This document shows positions 27,720-39,963 of a stretch of 64,000 nucleotides of DNA, in pieces; the first letter of the stretch is position 1; every line of letters begins with the position of its first letter. The translations under genes were made by a program, and so were the position numbers. The DNA comes from Felis catus (taxonomy: Eukaryota). A model generated the notes under the pieces. The model was given only the letters and a program-made list of their open reading frames with translations. It ran no database searches and was not told the DNA's origin. The stretch is taken from positions 31,994,001 through 32,058,000 of the forward strand of contig NC_058368.1 in assembly GCF_018350175.1 (NCBI RefSeq), in the 5' to 3' direction.

Positions 27720-28231
27720 TAGATCTTCGTAGACTTATGATCAGATTATGCGCCAATAAACCCATTATAAACTGAAAATATTAGAAGTCAGAAATGCATT
27801 TCATACATCACCTAGCCCACCAAACATCATAGCTTAGCCTAGCCTACCTTAAACTTTCTCAGAACACTTACATTGCCTGCTGTTGGGCAAAATCATCTAA
27901 AAATCATCTAAATCTGATTTTATAATAAAGTATTGAATATACCATGTAACTTACTGAATACCATACTGAAAGTGAAAACCGGAATGTCTGTATTGGTACA
28001 GAATGGTAGTCAGTGTATTAGTTTTTTACCCTGGTGATTGCATGGCTGGCTAGGAGCTGCAGCTTAACTGTCGCTAACCAGCATTTGGGCACTTGATCAA
28101 AATTCAAAAGGAAAACGAAAAAAACTCAAAATTCAAACTATGGTTTCTACTGAATGTGTATCATTTTTGCACCATTGTAAAATTTAAAAAAAAAATTTTA
28201 GATTGAACCATTATAAGTCAGGGACTGTGTG
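27720..28231. mobile_element. TcMar-Tigger non-autonomous DNA transposon (MER47/Tigger5-like)
   Basis: aaacccattataa...aacatcatagcttagcctagcctaccttaaac...ttgggcaaaatcatctaa matches the recalled MER47 consensus; degenerate terminal inverted repeats gacttatgat / attataagtc. Confidence 0.85.
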
Positions 28232-28350
28232 CAATTATTTTATCTATTACATTGCTTTTGAGGGAACAAAAGTGAAATTTTTTTATACACAGTTCTATTT
28301 ATGGCGTTGCAAGAAATTAAAAACATGAAAAATTATGCCATCACTGTGAT

Positions 28351-28407
28351 TTTTTTAAGTTTATTTATTTATTTTGAGAGACAGAACGGGAGAGGGAGGG
28401 AGAGAGG

Positions 28408-28451
<44 letters not shown>

Positions 28452-28578
28452 ATATCCTAAGCAGCCTCCGTGCTGTCAGCACAGAGCCCAACAGGAGGCT
28501 TAAACTCACGAATTGTGAGATCATGACTGGAGCGAAACCAAGACAGACACTTAACTGACTGAGCCACCCAAGTGCCCC
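28351..28578 (-). mobile_element. CanSINE with expanded (GA)n
   Basis: TSD atcactgtgat on both sides; head ending ccacccaagtgcccc. Confidence 0.95.
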
Positions 28579-29187
28579 AATCACTGTGATATTTAAAAAT
28601 ATATCTATTATCTTGAACGAGTTATAGATCAACATAAGATTATTTTGAAGACTGCAGGCCTTGACATCAGAGTTAGTACTTGATTGGGATTCCTGCTCCA
28701 ACACTGACTTAGACTTTGTATGAATCATTAATCTCTAGGGTTTAATAGTCTCATTTATCTAATGGGGATAATAATAAGATATTCATAAAGTTGTGAAATT
28801 TATCCAAAACATCTAAACTGGTTTATAGCTAGGCTGACCATATGTCCCAATTTTCTCCGGAAAATCTGGGGTAACACTTAAAAGTTAACTCAAAATGTCA
28901 TTTGGGCATTAAATTATAATATCTACATGTATTATTTTCTTGAATATTAATAATGGCCTTTTAAATAACTGGTACATCTCTGTGAGTAATTATTCATTGA
29001 ATTTGCTTGACTATAAAATAATTCGTTTTCATCTTTAAATGTTTGTTTCTCTGGACAAAGGTCATAATTGTGAAAACTGAAAAGATAATGCTCTTGACAC
29101 AAAGGATCATTAATTTAAATAATTCAGACCAAAGAGAGAGATTTTGTTTTTTTATTTCTTTTATATTATGTTTTTATATTTTGAGAA

Positions 29188-30515
29188 TAAGAAATTAAAT
29201 CCTTACTAGTCTTGGTGATATGTTTGTGGATCTGACTCCAAAACAGGGGAAACAAAATAAAAAATAAGCAAATGGGACTACATCAAACTAAAAACCTTCT
29301 ATGCAATGAAGGAATTTATCATCCAAATGAAAAGACAACTTACTAAATGGAAGAAGATATTTTCAAATATACCTAATAAGGCATTAATATTCAAAATATG
29401 TAAAGAACTCATACAGTCCAACAATTAAAAAAATATCCAGTCAAAACTGGGCAGATGATCTGAACATTTTTCTTTTTTTTTTTAATCTTCATTTATTTAT
29501 TTTGAGAGAAGGAGAGCACAGGTTAAGGAGAGACAGAGAGAGATTCCTAAGCAAGTTCAGTGCTGTCAGTGCAGAGCCCAAGGTGGGGCTTGATCTCATG
29601 AACTGAGATCATGACCTGAGCGAAAATTAGGAGTCAGACTGGGCCAACCAGGTGCCCCTGAGAAGACATTTTTTCAAAGAAACAAAAGATGGCCAACAGG
29701 CTCATGAAAAGATGTTCAACATCACTAATTATTAGGGAGATAATGAATCAAAACCATAATGAGAGTATCAGCTCATACCTTTTAGAAATGCTGTTATCAA
29801 AAAGACAAGAAGTAACAAGTGTTGAAGAGGACGTGGAGAAAAGGGAATGCTTGTACACTATTAGTGGCAATGTAAATTGATGTAGCCAATATTGATGATA
29901 GTAAGGAGATTCCTCAAAAAATTAAGAATGTATCTACCAATTACCCAGCTATTACCCTTCTCAGTATTTATCCAAAGAATATGAAAACAGTAATTCAAGA
30001 ACATATATGCACCCCTATGTTTATTGCAGCATTATCTATAATATATTGCCAAGATATGAAAACAACCTAAGTGTCCATTGACAGATGAATAGATGAAGAG
30101 GATGTAGAATATATGTAATATATATACTATATATATTTATAAAACAAAATACTATTCACTTATAGAAAAAGAATGAACTCTTGTAATTTATGACAACTCT
30201 GTACCTTGAGGGTGTTATATTAAGTGAAGTAAGTCACAGGGGGATATCAAATACTTCATGATTTCACTCATGTGGAATTGAAAAAAAAACAAAACATAAC
30301 AAAAACAAACACATAGATACAGAGAACAAATTGATGGCTACCAGAAGGAAAGGGAATTAGAGGATGGGCAAAAAAAGGTGAAGCGGTCAAAAGGTGGAGC
30401 TATGGTGATAGTAACTAGAATTTTGGTGGGGATCACTTCGTAGTGCATACAGATGCCCAATTATAATGTTGTACATCTGAAATATTATATTTCAGATTTT
30501 ACCTCAATTAAAAAA
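29188..30515 (+). mobile_element. 5'-truncated L1 (3' ORF2 remnant + 3' UTR), interrupted by a CanSINE
   Basis: aaatgggactacatcaaactaaaa; ORF 29689..29880 (MANRLMKRCSTSLIIRE) matches L1 ORF2; 3' UTR ends ctcaattaaaaaa. Confidence 0.9.
29473..29658 (-). mobile_element. CanSINE nested in L1
   Basis: Poly-T tail, gagatcatgacctgagc, head ending ccaggtgcccc. Confidence 0.9.
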
Positions 30516-31367
30516 TATTGCCCAACATAGTTCACTGCAGAATGAAAATTTGGGGATAGATGGTACCTAAATGAAAACTAGAATTCTGGTGTTACTCTTG
30601 TTACCATGGTTTCCTGGATTCAAATTAGAGGAATACACAGGAGGGAAGTTTCATGGCTGAGGTATCAGTAGTACCTGATTAACTTTTTGTGTTGGTCAAG
30701 ATGGAATGAGTGTTGTAACATTGTTTTCATAACTTTTTGAACAGCTTTGAATTCACATTCATGCAAACAGAGTTTCAGTTGCTACTCATGTACTGCATTG
30801 CTGCAAATATCAGCAAGACTTTACATTTGTGGAGTCTTAACTAATTATTCCATATTCTTAAGACATCATTTACTTATAGAAGTATTATGAGTTTGGGGTC
30901 TGATGTTTTTTTGAAAATACCTATCCATTGCCTTTATACTTGAATAGCACTTTAGCTTAGTTTTAAAACTTTGATCACATTCTGTCGCCTAAAAGTCCTG
31001 TTGATATTTACTCTGGTTGTCTTCTTTTGGAGAATGTATCTCTGAACAAGTTAGAACTAAGCCTTATTTATCCTACTTGTAGTTGACTAGAAGATTCACT
31101 TGGCTGCCTTTGGGATTCTTAAACTTTCAAGTCTGCCCACCTTGTATGTCAGTATTGCTTGAATTGGATCATTTTTTCCCATGAACTTTTAAACCAAAGA
31201 TTTATTTTTGTCCGTTTTAGGTACATCATATTGAATTGTATATTTGACTGGTTTATTTCATTTTGTATCTTTTTGGGAGAGATGTTAAAATTCATATTTT
31301 GGGTCATTTTTGTATCTATACATTTCTTTCTAATATTTTAAGAAACCTGTTTTAAAAATGTTTCTTA

Positions 31368-31586
31368 GGGGCACCTGGGTGGCGCAGTCGGTTAAGCGTC
31401 CGACTTCAGCCAGGTCACGATCTCGCGGTCCGTGAGTTCGAGCCCCGCGTCAGGCTCTGGGCTGATGGCTCAGAGCCTGGAGCCTGTTTCCGATTCTGTG
31501 TCTCCCTCTCTCTCTGCCCCTCCCCCGTTCATGCTCTGTCTCTCTCTGTCCCAAAAATAAATAAACGTTGAAAAAAAAATTAAAAA
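31368..31586 (+). mobile_element. Young CanSINE (SINEC_Fc-like)
   Basis: ggggcacctgggtggcgcagtcggttaagcgtccgact head with A/B boxes, many intact CpGs, aataaacgttgaaaaa tail. Confidence 0.97.
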
Positions 31587-32206
31587 TTTTTTTTTTCTTA
31601 GTTTCTTCATACCTGTTCTATATGTAACAATTTTTTTGCTTAAATATGTGTCTATTTTTCTTTCATATTCTTCTAATACGACCTTAATTTCTGTTCCTTG
31701 TTTTGTGCTTGCTCAGTTATTATCTCCTTTTTTTGAGCTACCATTTCTAGGAAGAAAGCTTTTTATTTCTACAGTTTTATAACATCAAAGACATTTTTAT
31801 GTTAGTATATTTAACTTTCTATAATAATATTTTTTTTTACTTCTTCTCTGCTATAATCTTTCTACACGCCCATGTACATGCACACATATGTGGTTTTTAT
31901 TTGTTTTTGTGTATTTCAGTTCATCATTTCCCTCCTGCTTACCCTTTTTTAATACTGTGTATGGTTATATTACTTTTTTCCTGTTTGTTTGTTTAGTTTA
32001 AATAAAAGGAAATCTTCTTGGATATTTAATAAATGAGGAAGAACCTGGGTGAATGAGTGAAGGTAACAGTAATCTTAAATAGTTGCTAGGTTGAGTTTTA
32101 TGCCGAATTCTATGGCGTATTTCTTACCAGCAGTCTATCCTAGGAGTATAACTGTTCTAGGCGTCTATGGCCTTACTAGAGCACACAGAACAATCTTATA
32201 TAGGTT

Positions 32207-32208
<2 letters not shown>

Positions 32209-32253
<45 letters not shown>
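32209..32253. repeat. (TG)n microsatellite
   Basis: Directly visible. Confidence 0.98.
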
Positions 32254-32257
<4 letters not shown>

Positions 32258-32522
32258 CATCTCATACATTTCTCTCAAACTGTCAGGCATCAACAATTGA
32301 CTGCTTTCATGCAGAGCATCTCCTCTACTTCAGCATATCCAGAGCATGAATTTTCTGTAACTATATCTATTTGATTTGTCTCAACTTAGTTAAACCTCTT
32401 CTGCCCTTTATTATGTCAACTTAGGTATCAAGATACTTCCTATAATCTCCAAGTATTATTAATTTGTTCCAAAGTAGAGATTGTTTTGTGTGTGTGTGAG
32501 TGTGCATGTGTGTGTGTTGCCA

Positions 32523-33102
32523 TGCAATAAATTATTAACTCAGAAAGCTAGAAATGTTCAAACCCTGTACCTTCCAATGAGAAGATAGCTCCTTGACCCA
32601 CTTTTAGGAGACAAATTTAAGAACTTATAATATCCTTAAAATATTCTGCCTGATAAGAGTGTCTTTGCATACCTGTGGCCCTGGACCATGCCAGAAATTC
32701 ATGATAGCAATGTGATTTATGTCAGGAGCCTTGGGTCGCAGTGTACCATTTTGATCTCTGGAGGGCCTGGAGGGTGGAGACTGAGTAACTAAAGTTAGTC
32801 ACACAGGCATTACATACTTATAAGACCAAATCTCAGCAAAAACCCTGAAAATCAAGGCTCAGGTTAGATTCCCACCATTGTTATTACCCACCATTTTTGG
32901 AAGGATTAAACACAGTTCATATACTCCCATGGGAGAGGGTGAATGGAAGCTTGCGTCTGTTCTCTCCTTGACTCTATCCCATGTATCTTTTACCTTGCCT
33001 AAGTTTAATGTTTCTTTAGACTGTAATAAACTCTAACGGTGAGTTATAAGAGTGCTTCATGAAATATTGATCCTGAGGATGGTCTTGGAGACCTATGACA
33101 TA
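32523..33102 (+). mobile_element. Solo LTR, MER77/MER21-like (ERVL group)
   Basis: tgttcaaaccctg, ctgcctgataagagtgtctttg, ggagactgagtaac, aaggctcagg, tggaagcttgcgtctg, gtaataaact...gtgag and gatggtcttgg match recalled MER21/MER77 motifs. Confidence 0.7.
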
Positions 33103-33554
33103 CCTGCTGTGCATGCCCATCATTTTGACACATGTACTCTCTGCCAGGTCACCTGGAGACAGCAGAATCCCTTCCCTACTGACATGATTTGGTTATTTTA
33201 GTGGCCTTTCTTCAGATAATGTTGTTCAGATGTGGTCTGTTAAATTGTTACAGATAAGGTGCTGTAGATCTTTGTGTGTTGTATTTGGATGATGCTAGAG
33301 AGGCAAGGTTTACAGAGGAATCTTTACAGTTGAAAAGCAGCAACTGCCTCAGGTGTACAAATCTAGAATTCTTAAAAACCTGGCATTTATTATATAAATA
33401 TGAAAAATATTTTTCAGTCAGTCAGAAATTTTAGTACTGGATTAATGATCCATCATCCATTTTATAATTCTTTAAAAATATGACACAGTTGCTCAAATTT
33501 ATACAGAAGTCCACTGAAATGCAATTTGCTATTAATAACATGGGTATTTCAACA

Positions 33555-33611
33555 TAGTTACTAAGAGTGTTGTCTCTGAAGTCAAACTGCCCCATTTAAA
33601 ATCTTGGTTGT
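33555..33611 (+). mobile_element. MIR 5' part (split by the L1)
   Basis: taagagtgttgtctctgaagtcaaactgcc...aaatc continues after the L1 as gccactg...ttaacttctct...gtttc...tctgtgaaattgggat. Confidence 0.7.
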
Positions 33612-34542
33612 CCCGGAATCAGGGAAGATGGCGGCGTAGGAGGATGCTGGGCCCACCGCGCGTCCTGCTGATCACTTAGATTCCACCTACACCTGCCTAA
33701 ATAACCCAGAAAACCACCAGAGGATTAGCAGAACAGAGTCGCCGGAGCCAAGCGCAGACGAGAGGCCCAAGGAAGAGGGTAGGAAGGGCGGCAAGGCGGT
33801 GCGCGCTCCACAGACTGGTGGGAGGGAGCCGGGGCTGAGGGGCGGCTCGCTGGCCAAGCAGAACCCCCGAGTCTGGCTTGCAAAAGCGGAGGGGCCTGAC
33901 GGACTGTGTTCCAACAGCAAGCGCGACTTAGCATCTGGGAGGTCATAAGTTAACAGCTCTGCTCGGAAAGCGGGAAGGCTGGAGGACAAAGGGAGGGAGA
34001 GCTGCTGAGCCCCCTGACTACAGAGCTCAGTTTGGTGGGGAACAAAGGCGCTCACCAGCGCCATCTCCCCCGCCCATCCCCCAGCCAAAATCCCAAAGAG
34101 AACCAGTTCCTGCCAGGGAACTTGCTCGCTCCGCGCAAACACCCAACTCTGTGCTTCTGCAGAGCCAAACCTCTGGCAGCGGATCTGACTCCCTCCCGCT
34201 GCCACAGGGCCCCTCCTGAAGTGGATCACCTAAGGAGAAGAGAGCTAAGCCTGCCCCTCCTGCCCCCGTGCACCTTGCCTACCCACCCCAGCTAATACGC
34301 CAGATCCCCAGCATCACAAGCCTGGCAGTGTGCAAGTAGCCCAGACGGGCCACACCACCCCACAGTGAATCCCGCCCCTAGGAGAGGGGAAGAGAAGGCA
34401 CACACCAGACTGACTATGGCCCCAGCGGTGGGCTGAGGGTAGACATCAGGTCTGACTGCGGCCCTGCCCACCAACTCCAGTTATACACCACAGCACAGGG
34501 AAAGTGCCCTGCAGGTCCTCACCACGCCAGGGACTATCCAGA
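33612..34542 (+). promoter_or_regulatory. L1 5' UTR internal promoter with YY1 motif
   Basis: CpG-rich island-like segment. AAGATGGCGG at 33625-33634 matches the YY1 site found near L1 5' ends. Confidence 0.8.
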
Positions 34543-35427
34543 ATGACCAAGCAGAAGAATTCCCCTCAGAAGAATCTTCAGGAAATAACAGCTAATGAGC
34601 TGATCAAAAAGGATTTAAATAATAGAAAGTGAATTTAGAATAATAGTCATAAAATTAATCACTGGGCTTGAAAACAGTATAGAGGACGCAGAGAATCTCT
34701 TGCTACAGAGATCAAGGGACTAAGGAACAGTCACGAGGAGCTGAAAAATGCTTTAAATGAAATGCAAAACAAAATGGAAACCACCACGGATCGGATTGAA
34801 GAGGCAGAGGAGAGAATAGGTGAACTAGAAGATAAAGTTATGGAAAAAGAGGAAGCTGAGAAAAAGAGAGATCAAAAAATCCAGGAGTATGAGGGGAAAA
34901 TTAGAGAACTAAGTGATACACTAAAAAGAAATAATATACGCATAATTGGTATCCCAGAGGAGGAAGAGAGAGGGAAAGGTGCTGAAGGGGTACTTGAAGA
35001 AATAATAGCTGAGAACTTCCCTGAACTGGGGAAGGAAAAAGGCATTGAAATCCAAGAGGCACAGAGAACTCCCTTCAGACGTAACTTGAATCGATCTTCT
35101 GCACGACATATCATAGTAAAACTGGCAAAATACAAGGATAAAGAGAAAATTCTGAAAGCAACAAGGGGTAAACGTGCCCTCACATATAAAGGGAGACCTA
35201 TAAGACTCGTGACTGATCTCTCTTTTGAAACTTGGCAGGCCAGAAAGAATTGGCACGAGATTTTCCGGGTGCTAGACAGAAAAAATATGCAGCCGAGAAT
35301 CCTTTATCCAGCAAGTCTGTCATTTAGAATAGAAGGAGAGATAAAGGTCTTCCCAAACAAACAAAAACTGAAGGAATTTGTCACCACTAAACCAGCCCTA
35401 CAAGAGATCCTAAGGGGGACCCTGTGA
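34543..35427 (+). pseudogene. ORF1: L1 ORF1p (coiled coil, RRM, CTD), frameshifted near the N-terminus
   Basis: ATG at 34543 (MTKQKNSPQKNLQE). Apparent frameshifts near 34625 and 34688. ORF 34762..35427 has NIRIIGIPEEE, ENFP, IQEAQR, DLSFETWQAR and YPA motifs. Confidence 0.92.
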
Positions 35428-35477
35428 GACAAAGTCCCAGAGACATCACTACAAGCATAAAACATTCAGACATCACA

Positions 35478-38143
35478 ATGACTCTAAACCCGTATCTTTC
35501 TATAATAACACTGAATGTAAATGGATTAAACGCGCCAACCAAAAGACATAGGGTATCAGAATGGATAAAAAAACAAGACCCATCTATTTGCTGTCTACAA
35601 GAGACTCATTTTAGACCTGAGGACACCTTTAGATTGAGAGTGAGGGGATGGAGAACTATTTATCATGCGACTGGAAGCCAAAAGAAAGCTGGAGTAGCCA
35701 TACTTATATCAGACAAAATAGACTTTAAATTAAAGGCTGTAATAAGTGATGAAGAAGGACATTATATAATAGTTACAGTGTCTATCCATCAGGAAGAGCT
35801 AACGATTATAAATGTCTATGCGCCGAATACCAGAGCCCCCAAATATATAAAACAATTACTTATAAACATAAGCAACCTTATTGATAAGAATGTGGTAATT
35901 GCAGGGGACTTTAACACCCCACTTACAGAAATGGATAGATCATCTAGACACACGGTCAATAAAGAAACAAGGGCCCTGAATGAGACATTGGATCAGATGG
36001 ACTTGACAGATATATTTAGAACTCTGCATCCCAAAGCAACAGAATATACTTTCTTCTCGAGTGCACATGGAACATTCTCCAAGATACATCATATACTGGG
36101 TCACAAAACAGCCCTTCATAAGTTTACAAGAATTGAAATTATACCATGCATACTTTCAGACCACAATGCTATGAAGCTTGAAATCAACCACAGGAAAAAG
36201 TCTGGAAAACCTCCAAAAGCATGGAGGTTAAAGAACACCCTACTAACGAATGAGTGGGTCAACCAGGCAATTAGAGAAGAAATTAAAAAAATATATGGAA
36301 ACAAACGAAAATGAAAATACAACAATCCAAATGCTTTGGGACGCAGCGAAGGCAGTCCTCAGAGGAAAATACATTGCAATCCAGGCCTATCTCAAGAAAC
36401 AAGAAGAATCCCAAATACAAAATCTAACAGCACACCTAAAGGAACTAGAAGCAGAACAACAAAGGCAGCCTAAACCCAGCAGAAGAAGAGAAATAATAAA
36501 GATCAGAGCAGAAATAAACAATATAGAATCTAAAAAAACTGTAGAGCAGATCAACGAAACCAAGAGTTGGTTTTTTGAAAAAATAAACAAAATTGATAAA
36601 CCTCTAGCCAGGCTTCTCAAAAAGAAAAGGGAGATGACCCAAATAGATAAAATCATGAATGAAAATGGAATTATTACAACCAATCCCTCAGAGATACAAA
36701 CAATTATCAGGGAATACTATGAAAAATTATATGCCAACAAATTGGACAACCTGGAAGAAATGGACAAATTCCTGAACACCCACACTCTTCCAAAACTCAA
36801 TCAGGAGGAAATAGAAAGCTTTCTTCTCGAAACTAGAACAAGCAATCCTAAAATTCATATGGAACCACAAAAGGCCCCGAATAGCCAAAGGAATTTTGAA
36901 GAAGAAGACCAAATTGGGAGGCATCACAATCCCAGACTTTAGCCTCTACTACAAAGCTGTCATCATCAAGACAGCATGGTATTGGCACAAAAACAGACAC
37001 AAAGACCAATGGAATAGAATAGAAACCCCAGAACTAGACCCACAAACGTATGGCCAACTCATCTTTGACAAAGCAGGAAAGAACATCCAATGGAAAAAAG
37101 ACAGCCTCTTTAACAAATGGTGCTGGGAGAACTGGACAGCAACATGCAGAAGGTTGAAACTAGACCACTTTCTCACACCATTCACAAAAATAAAGTCAAA
37201 ATGGATAAAGGACCTAAATGTGAGACAGGAAACCATCAAAACCTTAGAGGAGAAAGCAGGAAAAGACCTCTCTGACCTCAGCCGTAGCAATCTCTTACTC
37301 GACACATCCCCAAAGGCAAGGGAATTAAAAGCAAAAGTGAATTACTGGGACCTTATGAAGATAAAAAGCTTCTGCACAGCAAAGGAAACAACCAACAAAA
37401 CTAAAAGGCAACCAACGGAATGGGAAAAGATATTCGCAAATGACATATCGGACAAAGGGATAGTATCCAAAATCTATAAAGAGCTCACCAAACTCCACAC
37501 CCGAAAAACAAATAACCCAGTGAAGAAATGGGCAGAAAACATGAATAGACACTTCTCTAAAGAAGACATCCGGATGGCCAACAGGCACATGAAAAGATGT
37601 TCAGCGTCGCTCCTTATCAGGGAAATACAAATCAAAACCACACTCAGGTATTACCTCACGCCAGTCAGAGTGGCCAAAATGAACAAATCAGTTGACTATA
37701 GATGCTAGAGAGGATGTGGAGAAACGGGAACCCTCTTGCACTGTTGGTGGGAATGCAAATTGGTGCAGCCGCTCTGGAAAGCAGTGTGGAGGTTCCTCAG
37801 AAAATTAAAAGTAGACCTACCCTATGACCCAGCAATAGCACTGCTAGGAATTTATCCAAGGGATACAGGAGTACTGATGCATAGGGGCATTTGTACCCCA
37901 ATGTTCATAGCAGCACTCTCAACAATAGCCAAATTATGGAAAGAGCCTAAATGTCCATCAACTGATGAATGGATAAAGAAATTGTGGTTTATATACACAA
38001 TGGAATACTATGTGGCAATGAGAAAAAATGAAATACGGCCTTTTGTAGTAACGTGGATGGAACTGGAGAGTGTGATGCTAAGTGAAATAAGCCATACAGA
38101 GAAAGACAGATACCACATGGTTTCACTCTTATGTGGATCCTGA
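35478..38143 (+). pseudogene. ORF2: L1 ORF2p: endonuclease, partial linker and C-terminal Cys-rich region; RT domain absent
   Basis: Endonuclease motifs LNVNGLN, CLQETH, GDFNTPL and SDH are present. Frameshift in the A-run near 36285-36291, out-of-frame junction near 36820, TAG at 37706-37708 in the CCHC motif, end HMVSLLCGS*. Confidence 0.95.
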
Positions 38144-38473
38144 GAAACTTAACAGGAACCCATGGGGGAGGGGAAGGAAAAAAAAAAAAAAGAGGTTAGA
38201 GTGGGAGAGAGCCAAAGCATAAGAGACTGTTAAAAACTGAGAACAAACTGAGGGTTGATGGGGGGTGGGAGGGAGGAGAGGGTGGGTGATGGGTATTGAG
38301 GAGGGCACCTTTTGGGATGAGCACTGGGTGTTGTATGGAAACCAATTTGTCAATAAATTTCATATATAAAAAAAATAAAGACATAATCAGAAAAAAATAA
38401 ATAAATGTTTGTTGTTTAAGCAAAAAAATAAGTAAATAAAAAATAAAATAAAATAAAATAAAATCTTGGTTGT

Positions 38474-38680
38474 GCCACTGATATCTCTGTCATATTAGAG
38501 AAGAACTTAACTTCTCTAGGCTCCGGTTTCATTTTCTGTGAAATTGGGATAAAATAGTACCCAGCTCAGAGGTATTTTGATTTTTTTTTTTGTATGTTGA
38601 ATCTAAATGAAATGATATATGCAAAAGTACTTAAAAGAGATACTGGAATAAGATAAGTTCTTAGGAAACTAATAATAAAA
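38474..38680 (+). mobile_element. MIR 3' part (split by the L1)
   Basis: ttaacttctctaggctccggtttcattttctgtgaaattgggataaaatagtacc...aaatgaaatgatatatgcaaaagtactta. Confidence 0.75.
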
Positions 38681-38887
38681 TGAATGAAGCTTTTCATTAA
38701 TGAGAGTCTTAAATCAACAGTAAGCTATTTATGAAATTATCTAATCCAAATATTATTTTCTTTTAAAGGAGACATATTTCTATAATTATGGAACATAAAT
38801 ATTGGTGAAAATTGTTTTGCAGTAGTAATTTAAAATGTATTAAAATAATTCATTAATACATTATGATGAAAGTTATAAAATCAATTT

Positions 38888-39112
38888 ATTTATATTTTTT
38901 TATTTTTTTAATGTTTATTTATTTTTTGAAAGAAGAGACCGAGTGTGAGCAGGGGAGGGGAAGAGAGAGAGAGGGAAACACAGAATCTGAAACAGGCTCC
39001 AGGCTCTGAGCTGTCAGCATAGAGCCTGATGTGGGGCTCGAACTCACAAGCTGTGAGATCATGACCTGAGCCGAAGTCAGATACTTAACTGACTGAGCCA
39101 CCCAAGCGCCCC
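38888..39112 (-). mobile_element. CanSINE
   Basis: Head ending ccacccaagcgcccc; flanks taaaatcaattt/taaaattaattt. Confidence 0.95.
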
Positions 39113-39795
39113 TAAAATTAATTTTTGAAGCATACAGTTCAATTAGTCATAATGCCAGGACATTCGGTCATTAGGGAGATGAAAGGAAAAGAAAATTTTA
39201 AAAGCTTAGAACAAGGTACAAGAGTCAGTGAACTACAAATGGTCATCTTTTGCCTTCCACAGCTGTTACTTCATTATGATCATAATAACTATAATGCTGA
39301 CACCTGAGGGTTTTAATTTAATAAATAAGATGCTACAACTACCTCTGATTCCTAAAGAAATGACAATGATTTCTAGTCAAATTTAAATAGTGTCATTGAA
39401 ATAAGTTGCATCTTCAGAATGATGGCCGATGTGTTAAAGAACTAAATATTTAAAGACCCGAATTATTTTAGTAGTTTGGTTTTGTGCCCAATACACACTA
39501 TACATATATAACCACTGTATATTGCACTTAGTCTTTTTATTTTAACTAATCAGTGGTGTGATGGCCAAAGTTCCCAAAGCAAACAAACAAACAAATAAAC
39601 AAACAAAACCCAGTTAAATCAGCAAACATGTCCATAAATTCCATGTTCCTTGAATATGCAGGTGCTTATTAAGTGTAGTAATATTAGATGTTAATGATAA
39701 TGATCATAGTTCTCTCAAGGATTCACAGTCAGTGGGAATGCATGATCACAATGGACAAGTCCATTTAGGTTTATTCACAACTCAGAATTTAGGAA

Positions 39796-39963
39796 CTCAG
39801 AATAAAATCATTCACATTGAATATTGTGAATCAAAGTATATTTTACATTAACATGGAGAAGATAAATACAAATGCAAGGGGATTTGTATTATATTGAAAA
39901 AAAAAAAAACCTTCACTGACCTCATTTAGTTGAGTAGAATTGATATGCTGAATATATCCGCCA
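39796..39963 (+). repeat. Copy 1 of a local direct duplication (copy 2 at 41709-42089)
   Basis: First 78 nt align without gaps to 41709-41786 with 69 matches (hand count). Confidence 0.85.

Larger units (their letters stand above)
33612..38459 (+). mobile_element. 5'-complete felid-type L1 with internal deletion of the RT domain and a complex 3' tail
   Basis: GC/CpG-rich 5' UTR, ORF1, partial ORF2, G-rich 3' UTR and A-rich tail. Perfect TSD aaaatcttggttgt at 33598-33611 and 38460-38473 at a TT/AAAA endonuclease site. Confidence 0.98.

Noticed and set aside
31368..31450. tRNA-like A/B box sequences in SINE heads
   Set aside because: They are tRNA-derived SINE promoters followed by CT tracts and A tails, not tRNA genes.
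34872..37588. Minus-strand ORFs of 60-118 aa overlapping the L1
   Set aside because: Antisense shadows of the A-rich L1 ORF1/ORF2.
35424..38143. Four consecutive ORFs (296, 230, 270, 135 aa) as a multi-gene operon-like system
   Set aside because: They are pieces of one L1 ORF2 broken by an A-run frameshift, the deletion junction and a stop codon.
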